Positions 1-6,500 are shown, numbered from the stretch's first letter. The stretch is 12,860 nucleotides of DNA from an uncultured Clostridia bacterium (GCA_937907055.1 CALCTW010000031.1:1-12860), one strand, 5' to 3'. Translations and numbers: made by a program. Notes: a model not told the origin generated them from the letters alone.

Positions 1-44
1 ACGATACAGATCTCCCCTGCCGCGTTTACAGAAAACTGCATCCG

Positions 45-75
45 CAGATAATAAACCGGTCTCCTGAGAGACCGG
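45..75 (-). terminator. Candidate intrinsic terminator of the minus-strand secreted-protein gene
   Basis: Perfect 8-bp stem CCGGTCTC (56-63) / GAGACCGG (68-75) with a 4-nt loop. On the minus strand it is followed by TTTATTAT (55-48). It lies about 55 nt past the TGA at 132-134. Confidence 0.45.
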
Positions 76-131
76 AAAGCATACGATGCAGATAGATCGA
101 TCATGTTCCCCTGTGAAACAGCACGGAACGG

Positions 132-1298
132 TCAGGGATTGGCGTACAGGCGGGTCGCGCCGCCGGGCGCGTCGGACAGGCTGTTACCATAGTAGATCGT
201 GCCGTTTCCGCCCTCCCATACATAACTGTACGAGGTAGGCACCTTCACACTGCTGCCGGAGGAAGTCGTGTAGTCATTCTGATCAAACATATAATCCGAG
301 AAGCGGTCGGAGGAATAGCTGCCGGTGTATGTATAGGACATGGAGTTTTCCACCATGGAGAAGGTCAGGGCGGTCATGGAAGCCATGTAGGCCGAGCTGG
401 CCGCGCACATCATGTTGATCTCGGTGATCACCTTCTGCGCGATCTCCGCGGTCAGCCGGTCATTCAGCGCCATCATTTCGTCATTGACCGATGTATTTTC
501 CACAAAGGTGCTGAACGCCCCGTCGTGGATCCTCTCATAGCTTTCAAAGGGGCACCACAGCACATAATAGCAGGGCACCTGCCATACGATATTGGTGATA
601 GAAGCGCCGTAATCGGCAGATGAATAACGATAGGCATCCACCTCCGCCATCACGCAGATGCAATACTTTTTGCCGTTTTCGGTGTAGGTGTACACACGCT
701 GCGCCGCGGTCGTCTCGATCCAGTCCACATACATCCCGTACGTTGCCAGACCGGGCGCCACATTGGTACGGATGAGTTCATAGTTATCATTCAGCCGTCC
801 GGCACAGGCGGACATGTCTTCACTCCTGTAATACACGGCATCAGCCGCCCATTCCCTGGCCAGCGCGTCGCAATAGCCGTCCGCGTCCACATAGGTGCGC
901 ATGAAGCTCATCGTCTGAAGATCCAGCCCGCCCTCCTCATGCTGCAGCAGCGGATGGCTGGAATAAACACGCTGGATATAATCTTCTCCATAATAATACT
1001 TCATCCGCGCGTCGTCGGTCTTGCTGTCCAGAATGACCGATACGCGAACAGGATGCCCCAGCGTGGTATTCTCATCGCAATTGTTGATGATGCGCACCGC
1101 GGTATAACCATCCGGCAGCGCGTATTGCCCCATCACGGCTGTATCCCAGTCAATGGGCCTGATGGTAAAGCCGGCTGTGCCGGACGAGCGCGCGGGAGTC
1201 GGAGAGGGCGCTTTTGTGCTGATCCCGGGAACAGCCGCGTTTGCGGACACGGTAAACAACAGCAGCACCGCAACTAAAATGGAAAGAACACGTTTCAT
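132..1298 (-). CDS. Secreted protein of unknown function (388 aa; Sec signal peptide, 8 Cys, Ser/Tyr/Thr-rich C-terminus)
   Basis: Long ORF in the track (132..1481). I place the start at ATG 1298-1296 because AAAGGAG (1312-1306, minus strand) sits 8 nt upstream. The product then begins MKRVLSILVAVLLLFTVSANA-AVPG, a classic signal peptide with an ANA-A cleavage site. The longer track start would overlap the AraC gene end. I recognise no family motif. Confidence 0.8.
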   Translation of the reverse strand: MKRVLSILVAVLLLFTVSANAAVPGISTKAPSPTPARSSGTAGFTIRPIDWDTAVMGQYALPDGYTAVRIINNCDENTTLGHPVRVSVILDSKTDDARMKYYYGEDYIQRVYSSHPLLQHEEGGLDLQTMSFMRTYVDADGYCDALAREWAADAVYYRSEDMSACAGRLNDNYELIRTNVAPGLATYGMYVDWIETTAAQRVYTYTENGKKYCICVMAEVDAYRYSSADYGASITNIVWQVPCYYVLWCPFESYERIHDGAFSTFVENTSVNDEMMALNDRLTAEIAQKVITEINMMCAASSAYMASMTALTFSMVENSMSYTYTGSYSSDRFSDYMFDQNDYTTSSGSSVKVPTSYSYVWEGGNGTIYYGNSLSDAPGGATRLYANP

Positions 1299-1380
1299 CC
1301 GGAAAACTCCTTTCATCTTTGGGATGGCCGTTCTATGTCTTGTGACAAAAGAACAGCCGTCTCCGTTCGTCTGTGATCGC

Positions 1381-1386
1381 ATTATA
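1381..1386 (-). promoter_or_regulatory. Candidate -10 box (perfect TATAAT on the minus strand) for the secreted-protein gene
   Basis: The AT-rich 130-nt gap between the AraC stop (1429) and ATG 1298 contains attata at 1381-1386, which is TATAAT on the minus strand. TTGAAA (1420-1415) is 28 nt upstream, too far to be its -35. No convincing -35 was found. Confidence 0.3.
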
Positions 1387-1428
1387 TTACTTATGATTCC
1401 ATATTTATATCCGATTTCAATAAAATCC

Positions 1429-2397
1429 TTATTCCTCGGTATAGATCTTCCTGAATTCGGTGGGCGTGCAGTTATGCACATTCATAAACACGCGGCTGAA
1501 GGTGGCCAGCGAACCAAAGCCCACGCGTCTCGCGATCTCATTTACAGGCTCCCGCGTGGAGATCAGCAGAAAATCTGCCTGCGCCAGACGGCGGCGGTTC
1601 AGGTATTCGGTAAAGGACATACCGGCATAGGCGTTGAACAAACGGGAAAAATAGAACCGTGAAACACCGGCGACCTCGGCCACCCTGTCCAGCGAGATGG
1701 GACCGGTCTGGTTCTGCTCGATATATACCAGCACACGGTTCATCATCTCCGCGTTGGCGGTATAGGCCACGGTTCCTTCTTCCGCGTTCTGTTCCTTCAG
1801 GATCCTGCGGCCTACGATCGCGTAGAACTGCATCAGATAGCCGTAACACTCCATGTTCCACATGGGACGCGCCTGTTCGTAGCATTCCGCCAGCTTCAGC
1901 AGCAGGTCATACGCCTCACGGCCGTCCGGGGTATCATTGCCGAAATAGACAGGACTGCGCAGACGATGACTGATGAGCGGCATATCACGCAAAACCCCCA
2001 GACTGTCCGTTTCAAAAATGAACAGATAGCGCACCGTGCCGTCTTCATTTTTCATCGCGTGACCGGCCATGGACGGCACGATCAGTATGTGGCCGGCCTC
2101 CACCCTGCAGGAGATATCCTCTACCGTGTATTCGATCTCCCCCTCCACACACAACGCGATCTCCACAGCGCTGTGATGGTGTCCCGAGCAGGCATAGCCC
2201 TTATCATAGGGCCACACACGAATCGTGGAATGCTCCCTGTAGGAAGGCACCTCCTTGGTGCCCATCAGAATGCGGAAGCCCTGCGGATAACGGGAAGGCC
2301 ACGCGTCCGGCCCGGATTCACCCGCCCTTTCATTACCGGATCTGAGCTGCAGCGCGGCCGCGGCCTCCGGCAGTGTTTTTCTTTCTTTGTCTGGCAT
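1429..2397 (-). CDS. AraC-family transcriptional regulator (N-terminal cupin/AraC-binding-like domain, C-terminal double HTH)
   Basis: 322-aa ORF. The C-terminus reads ISLDRVAEVAGVSRFYFSRLFNAYAGMSFTEYLNRRRLAQADFLL...EIARRVGFGSLATFSRVFMNVHNCTPTEFRK, the canonical AraC/XylS HTH pair. The N-terminal half has a His-rich cupin-like segment (GHHHSAVEIALCVEGE). GGAG lies 7 nt upstream of ATG 2397. Confidence 0.9.
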   Translation of the reverse strand: MPDKERKTLPEAAAALQLRSGNERAGESGPDAWPSRYPQGFRILMGTKEVPSYREHSTIRVWPYDKGYACSGHHHSAVEIALCVEGEIEYTVEDISCRVEAGHILIVPSMAGHAMKNEDGTVRYLFIFETDSLGVLRDMPLISHRLRSPVYFGNDTPDGREAYDLLLKLAECYEQARPMWNMECYGYLMQFYAIVGRRILKEQNAEEGTVAYTANAEMMNRVLVYIEQNQTGPISLDRVAEVAGVSRFYFSRLFNAYAGMSFTEYLNRRRLAQADFLLISTREPVNEIARRVGFGSLATFSRVFMNVHNCTPTEFRKIYTEE

Positions 2398-2567
2398 ACT
2401 TGTTCTCCATGATTGATTGTGATAATATATTCTCCGCGAATGGATGTTTTTCCTGCTTTTGGCCTGACGGATCCGTCTTTTCCGGCCGGATGACCGCCTT
2501 TCTTCCGGCCGCGGAGAAAAAAGCCGAAAAACGCCCCTTCAAATACGCGAAGACGGCAAAAAAATGC

Positions 2568-2596
2568 TTGACGCGGTCAACGCGTTATGGTAATAT
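2568..2596 (+). promoter_or_regulatory. Sigma-A type promoter of the infC-rpmI-rplT operon
   Basis: TTGACG (2568-2573), a 17-nt spacer, then TAATAT (2591-2596) preceded by TGG (2588-2590), giving an extended -10. An A-tract (AAAAAAA, 2558-2564) just upstream of the -35 resembles an UP element. Confidence 0.7.
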
Positions 2597-2602
2597 ATTT
2601 CT

Positions 2603-2753
2603 GCATGAAGCAGAGGCTGCCCGCCTCTCACCCGGCGAATTCCGTTTTGCCGGTGTTACAGGCAATCATTTTTGTTTGCACGCGGCGGGTAGTATGCCCG
2701 CCGCTTTTCATGTATTCACCCTTTTAAGCGCGCCGTATGGCGCCGAATTTCCC
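2603..2753 (+). promoter_or_regulatory. Structured 5' leader of infC-rpmI-rplT, consistent with a ribosomal-protein L20 leader (transcription attenuation)
   Basis: About 150 nt lie between the predicted transcription start and the infC RBS. It contains hairpins AGAGGC/GCCTCT (2612-2628) and CCGGC/GCCGG (2632-2653) and a terminator-like hairpin at 2682-2708. The position matches the L20-responsive leader known upstream of infC in Firmicutes. I cannot run a covariance model. Confidence 0.55.
2682..2708 (+). terminator. Leader attenuator (intrinsic terminator-like hairpin) upstream of infC
   Basis: GCGGCGGG (2682-2689), loop TAGTATG, CCCGCCGC (2697-2704), followed by TTTT (2705-2708). It lies about 60 nt upstream of the infC start. 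Confidence 0.6.
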
Positions 2754-2766
2754 GGAGGTGTTACAC

Positions 2767-3318
2767 ATCAGCGCTGAATTACTCATTAATGAAGAGATCC
2801 GTGACCGTGAAGTGCGCGTGATCGACGCGGAAGGCAATCAGCTGGGCATCCTGCCCACCGACAAAGCCATCCAGATGGCTGAAGATGCCGGCCTGGATCT
2901 GGTCAAGATCGTGCCCACCGCGCAGCCCCCCGTTTGCAAACTGATGGACTATGACAAGTATCGCTTCGAGCAGAGCAAGCACGAACGCGAGATGCGCAAG
3001 AATCAGAAGGTCATTTCCCTCAAGGAAGTGCAGCTGAGCGCCACCATCGAAGAAAACGATGTCAATGTCAAGGCCAAGGCTGCCATCAAATTCCTGCAGA
3101 ACGGTGACAAGGTAAAGGTCTCCATTCGCTTCCGCGGCCGTCAGATCGCTCACAGTGATATCGGCATGAAGGTCATGCTGGACTTTGCCGAGCGGGTCAA
3201 GGATGTTTCCATCGTGGAAAAGCGCCCCGCCATCGAAGGCCGTAACATGATCATGATCCTGGTTCCCAAGACGGAAAAAGCCGCCAAGGCCGCGTCCAGC
3301 GCCCCCAAGAAGGCTTGA
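2767..3318 (+). CDS. infC: Translation initiation factor IF-3, probably initiating at a non-AUG codon (ATC 2767)
   Basis: The translation ...[86 protein letters not shown]...[14 protein letters not shown] is unmistakably IF-3. GGAGGTG (2754-2760) sits 6 nt upstream of in-frame ATC 2767. The track's ATG at 2737 has no SD and would add about 10 residues ahead of the usual IF-3 N-terminus. Confidence 0.9.
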   Translation: MSAELLINEEIRDREVRVIDAEGNQLGILPTDKAIQMAEDAGLDLVKIVPTAQPPVCKLMDYDKYRFEQSKHEREMRKNQKVISLKEVQLSATIEENDVNVKAKAAIKFLQNGDKVKVSIRFRGRQIAHSDIGMKVMLDFAERVKDVSIVEKRPAIEGRNMIMILVPKTEKAAKAASSAPKKA

Positions 3319-3383
3319 CCATAGTGTGTCCCTCCATCGGGACACGCCACAATCTCACTATTCCCGGAAGGAGGAACTCTCGT

Positions 3384-3584
3384 ATGCCCAAGCAAAAGAC
3401 TCATCGCGGCGCCGCAAAACGCTTCTCCCTCACCAAGACCGGTAAGGTAAAGCATAAGAAGATGAACGCCAATCACATCCTGAACAAGAAGACGACCAAG
3501 CGCATTCGTCACCTGCGTAAGGGCGGTATGCTGGCCAACAACGCCGAAGCTGCCACCATCCGTACGCTGATCCCTTACAAATAA
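3384..3584 (+). CDS. rpmI: 50S ribosomal protein L35
   Basis: [46 protein letters not shown]... is canonical L35. GGAAGGAGGAA (3366-3376) precedes ATG 3384. The track's longer ORF start (3315) overlaps the infC end and lacks an SD. Confidence 0.95.
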   Translation: MPKQKTHRGAAKRFSLTKTGKVKHKKMNANHILNKKTTKRIRHLRKGGMLANNAEAATIRTLIPYK

Positions 3585-3611
3585 GCCGCGCCTTAGAGGA
3601 GGAAAACAACA

Positions 3612-3959
3612 ATGGCAAGAATTAAGAGGGCTGTGAATGCCCACAAGAAGCGCCGTAAGGTGTTTAAGCTTGCGAAGGGTTACTTCGGAAGCAAATCCAA
3701 GCAGTACCGCACCGCGAGTGAACAGGTACGCCGTTCTCTGCGTTATGCCTATGCCGGCCGCAAGATGAAGAAGCGCGACTTCCGCACCCTGTGGATCGCC
3801 CGTATCAACGCCGCTGCCCGCATCAACGGCATCAGCTACAGCAAGTTCATCGATGGCCTGAAGAAGAACGGCATCGAAGTGAACCGCAAGATGCTGGCTG
3901 ACCTGGCTGTGAACGATCCCGCTGCTTTCGCTCAGCTGGTCGAGATCGCCAAGGCTTAA
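3612..3959 (+). CDS. rplT: 50S ribosomal protein L20
   Basis: [39 protein letters not shown]...[15 protein letters not shown] is canonical L20. GAGGAGG (3596-3602) is upstream. Confidence 0.97.
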   Translation: MARIKRAVNAHKKRRKVFKLAKGYFGSKSKQYRTASEQVRRSLRYAYAGRKMKKRDFRTLWIARINAAARINGISYSKFIDGLKKNGIEVNRKMLADLAVNDPAAFAQLVEIAKA

Positions 3960-3970
3960 GTCGCTTTCTC

Positions 3971-4004
3971 AGCACTTTCCGCAAGGAAAGTGCTTTTTTG
4001 TTTT
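3971..4004 (+). terminator. Intrinsic terminator of the infC-rpmI-rplT operon
   Basis: Perfect 10-bp stem AGCACTTTCC (3971-3980) / GGAAAGTGCT (3985-3994), GCAA loop, then TTTTTTGTTTT. Confidence 0.85.
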
Positions 4005-4194
4005 CGTACCAACTATCAACCTTTTCATTATCAAACTTTATAAATAATCCACGCAGCGCAGTCATTAATCATCATCTGTCACTGACCGTTCCTTAAATAT
4101 AAACATTGTTTATGTTTCCAAAAACTTTTCGAGGCGAATAAGCATCTATATAGTGTAAACCTTGCTTGAGGAATGCACAGAAAGGAGTGAAAAC

Positions 4195-4491
4195 ATGGAC
4201 GCAGAGGTATTCCAATCCCTTGTGCTTGCAATCGAACCACTTTTATACCGTGTCAGCTGTACATATTTGAAGCAAGAAGCTGACCGTGCCGACGCAGTGC
4301 AGGAAGCATTGATGCGCGCGTGGTCCAAGAGAAGCCTTTTGAGAGATTCGGAACATTTTAATGGCTGGATCGTCCGCATTTTAATCAACTGTTGCAAAGA
4401 AATATTACGAAAGCAAAAGCGTCATGCGCATGACCAACTGGATCCGGAGTGGGGCGGCGATGTTTCCACCATCAGCTCGTCACCACTTTAG
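4195..4491 (+). CDS. ECF-type sigma-70 family factor, region-2 part, ending at an in-frame TAG (4489-4491)
   Basis: AAAGGAG (4181-4187) lies 7 nt upstream of ATG 4195. The translation is MDAEVFQSLVLAIEPLLYRVSCTYLKQEADRADAVQEALMRAWSKRSLLRDSEHFNGWIVRILINCCKEILRKQKR, a sigma-70 region 2 pattern. Under code 11 it stops after 98 aa, before any region 4. Confidence 0.85.
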   Translation: MDAEVFQSLVLAIEPLLYRVSCTYLKQEADRADAVQEALMRAWSKRSLLRDSEHFNGWIVRILINCCKEILRKQKRHAHDQLDPEWGGDVSTISSSPL

Positions 4492-4677
4492 GATGCGCTA
4501 TCCATGCTTACTCCGGAGCTGAGGCTGATTATCACCCTACACTATATGGACGGCTACTCCATCGAAGAAATCAGTCGTCTGTTCGCCTGTCCGACCGGCA
4601 CTGTAAAGAGCCGTATGCGAGCCGCCCGTCTTAAACTTCGCGATATCATGAACATGGAATGGAGTGATGAAGAATGA
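4492..4677 (+). pseudogene. Same-frame continuation of the sigma gene encoding region 4 (HTH); a separate piece only because of the TAG at 4489-4491
   Basis: The codon directly after the TAG continues in the same frame: DALSMLTPELRLIITLHYMDGYSIEEISRLFACPTGTVKSRMRAARLKLRDIMNMEWSDEE, then TGA at 4675-4677. This is the textbook sigma region 4.2 motif. The stop overlaps the next ATG as ATGA (4674-4677). Confidence 0.8.
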
Positions 4678-6224
4678 CAGAGAAAAAGATCAATGAGTTA
4701 TTCAAAACCAATACCGCATCTCCCTCCCCTCTTTTTTCAAGCACAGTTCGTGAGACACTTCATACGATCACGACTTGTTCCGAAATCAGCCGGACGGCAC
4801 ATCATTTTTCGATGAGAGGTGTATTAACGCTGGCGTGCGCGCTAATGTTAATTTTACCCGCTGCACTTATTCCTCTGTTTTCAGTGCAGATGTCTTCAAG
4901 CACTACGCATACCCCACTGCCTTCCGATGGTGAATGCAAGCTTCATCGCGTGACCGAAAATCTGATCGTACAGCCAAGCGACCTATGTGATCCTCTGGCG
5001 ATTCATTTATCCATCTCCTCCGGTCTTTACCATGAACCCTTTCAGTTAAAGATCTCATCTGCCGATCCGGCAGACACGATTCTGTATACGATTGATGGTA
5101 GCATTCCCTCAGTTGAAAACGCGATGATTTACAACGATCCGATCACGATTGATCACTCTGCTGTGATCCACGCGTGTGTGTTGAAAAAAGACGGCAGTAC
5201 AGGGGACGTTTGTGTCGGTAACTATCTGATGTTGTCCAAAGAGCCCACAGTAGATGTGATCTCACTTGTCGTTGATCCCGAGAGTTATCATGATTCAAAG
5301 AAAGGTTACACTTCAAAACATAACAACATCGGCACACTTTCAGCTGATGAAGTTGAGAAGATTGCGATGAACGGAAGCATGCTCTATATTCCGCTCACCG
5401 GCAACACAGATGCATTTTCACGGGATCTGCTTCTGAGCAGAAGCAGATACTATATCAGCACCCATGACATCTGCTATCCGCAGGACAATATGCAGATTGA
5501 CATGACAGCTGATCTTCTTCCGCCTTCTCTGTTTGATGAGGGCGGGACCCTTGGATACTCTGCCTGTCAATTATGGAACGGTGGATTTGATTCCGCGGCA
5601 ACACGCATTTCCAATGCCTTGGGAGTGCAAGCCCTCCGGCGTTTCTCTTCCCTGGATATCATATATCCATCCTGCAAGCCAGTCTCTGTCTATGTAAATG
5701 GTGATTATATCGGACAATACTGGCTCAAGGAAGTCATCGGTCCTGAAATGATCGCGCGAAAGACAGGCATACCGGCAGAGCAATTCGAGGGCGATGCATT
5801 TTATGAAAGTGTATATCATCAGGGTAAACTCGATACGATCATCAATGAACTGAGCGCATTATCAACCGGCACCGATGAAAAAGCACGCGAATATCTTGAT
5901 GAGAACATTAACATTGACAGCTTTCTTGACTGGTATACAACCGCGATCTACTTCGGAAACTGTAACTTCTATATGGACGCATATCGTGAACCTGTAAGCG
6001 GAAAATGGAAGTTCATTGCAGTTGGTTATGACTCTGCATTCTTCAGTTCCAATACATATCGAGAGTTTTTCCTGGCTGATAATTGGAAGGCTTCCGAAAC
6101 ACTATACAGAAAAATCATCGCAGTCGACGAATATAGGGAACTGTACCTTCAAAAACTCGGTACTTTGATTCAAACCATCACACCCGAGGTGCTTATGGAA
6201 GAAGTCGATCAATGCATTGCGTAG
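4674..6224 (+). CDS. Single-pass membrane protein (anti-sigma-like position) with extracytoplasmic chitobiase/hexosaminidase-C-like and CotH-kinase-like domains, ending at an in-frame TAG (6222-6224)
   Basis: ATG 4674 overlaps the sigma stop (ATGA). There is a short N-terminal segment, then a hydrophobic helix VLTLACALMLILPAALIPLFSV. GLYHEPFQLKISSADPADTILYTIDGSIPSVENAMIYNDPITI resembles the CHB_HEX_C-type module common at CotH N-termini. VSVYVNGDYIGQYWLKEVIGPEMI and FLDWYTTAIYFGNCNFYMDAYREPVSGKWKFIAVGYDSAFF match the CotH family pattern. These calls come from memory of the family, not a search. Confidence 0.8.
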   Translation: MTEKKINELFKTNTASPSPLFSSTVRETLHTITTCSEISRTAHHFSMRGVLTLACALMLILPAALIPLFSVQMSSSTTHTPLPSDGECKLHRVTENLIVQPSDLCDPLAIHLSISSGLYHEPFQLKISSADPADTILYTIDGSIPSVENAMIYNDPITIDHSAVIHACVLKKDGSTGDVCVGNYLMLSKEPTVDVISLVVDPESYHDSKKGYTSKHNNIGTLSADEVEKIAMNGSMLYIPLTGNTDAFSRDLLLSRSRYYISTHDICYPQDNMQIDMTADLLPPSLFDEGGTLGYSACQLWNGGFDSAATRISNALGVQALRRFSSLDIIYPSCKPVSVYVNGDYIGQYWLKEVIGPEMIARKTGIPAEQFEGDAFYESVYHQGKLDTIINELSALSTGTDEKAREYLDENINIDSFLDWYTTAIYFGNCNFYMDAYREPVSGKWKFIAVGYDSAFFSSNTYREFFLADNWKASETLYRKIIAVDEYRELYLQKLGTLIQTITPEVLMEEVDQCIA

Positions 6225-6476
6225 ATTGTAACAGAGATGAGCGCTCATTTTGAACACTATTCCGAATCCCTGTACACAGTGATGAACGATATACCCGAGA
6301 TGGTCTTCATCCCGGATTTCGACACATGGTGTATAAGGATTGATCAACTGCAAAACAGCGTGATCCTCAATCGCCCCGCTCGTCTTATCAAGCGCGTACA
6401 ACAGGATTTTTCACTCAACGAAGAAGAGCTGATCCGATACTTCGGTCCGTTCGCAGAAACCGCCTTAGCCAAATAA
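6225..6476 (+). pseudogene. Same-frame continuation of the CotH-like gene (83 codons to TAA 6474-6476); contains the track ORF 6237..6476
   Basis: 6222 and 6237 are in the same frame as 4674. After the TAG the frame reads IVTEMSAHFEHYSESLYTVMNDIPEM...QLQNSVILNRPARLIKRVQQDFSLNEEEL, which looks like the C-terminal tail of CotH-family proteins. No SD precedes ATG 6237. The only terminator follows 6476, not 6224. Confidence 0.7.
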
Positions 6477-6500
6477 CATCGTTCGTTCTTCGCATCCTCT

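Noticed and set aside
1-51. Plus-strand frame open from the window edge to TAA at 49-51 (…TIQISPAAFTENCIRR), a possible 3' end of an upstream gene.
   Set aside because: Only 16 codons are visible with no recognisable motif, so it cannot be supported.
1299-1481. The long version of the first ORF (start at 1481) overlaps the 3' end of the AraC gene.
   Set aside because: The internal ATG 1298 has an AAAGGAG SD and yields a clean signal peptide. The upstream extension has no SD, overlaps the AraC gene and encodes no recognisable sequence.
2333-2777. ORFs 2333..2542 (-) and 2373..2777 (+) in the AraC/infC intergenic region.
   Set aside because: They span the promoter, leader and attenuator of infC, have no SD, and have low-complexity translations. 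The region is better explained as regulatory.
4100-4194. Search for an ECF-type (AAC...CGT) or sigma-A promoter upstream of the sigma gene, for example TATATAGT at 4147-4154.
   Set aside because: No properly spaced -35 could be paired with any candidate -10 (the best -35 is TTTTCG, 3 of 6 matches). This is too weak to report as a feature.
4449-4634. Track ORF MGRRCFHHQLV..., which looks like it could be the second half of a frameshifted sigma gene.
   Set aside because: Its translation has no sigma region 4 motif. The real region 4 (…GTVKSRMRAARLKL…) is in the same frame as 4195..4491, so the interruption is a stop codon and not a frameshift.
4489-6224. Pyrrolysine as the specific explanation for the two TAG codons.
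   Set aside because: No pyl genes, no methylamine methyltransferase context and no CUA-anticodon tRNA are visible in this window. It cannot be supported from the sequence given and is kept only as one option to test genome-wide.
6237-6248. Perfect 12-nt palindrome ATGAGCGCTCAT, 13 nt downstream of the TAG at 6222, considered as a possible recoding signal (PYLIS/SECIS-like).
   Set aside because: It has no loop, is very short, and has no counterpart downstream of the other TAG. At 4491-4503 there is only a 4-bp GGAT/ATCC stem. There is no shared structure to support a cis recoding element.
6237-6476. The 79-aa ORF treated as an independent small gene.
   Set aside because: No Shine-Dalgarno precedes ATG 6237. 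It is in the same frame as the upstream CotH-like ORF, only 4 codons past its TAG, and it shares that gene's terminator.
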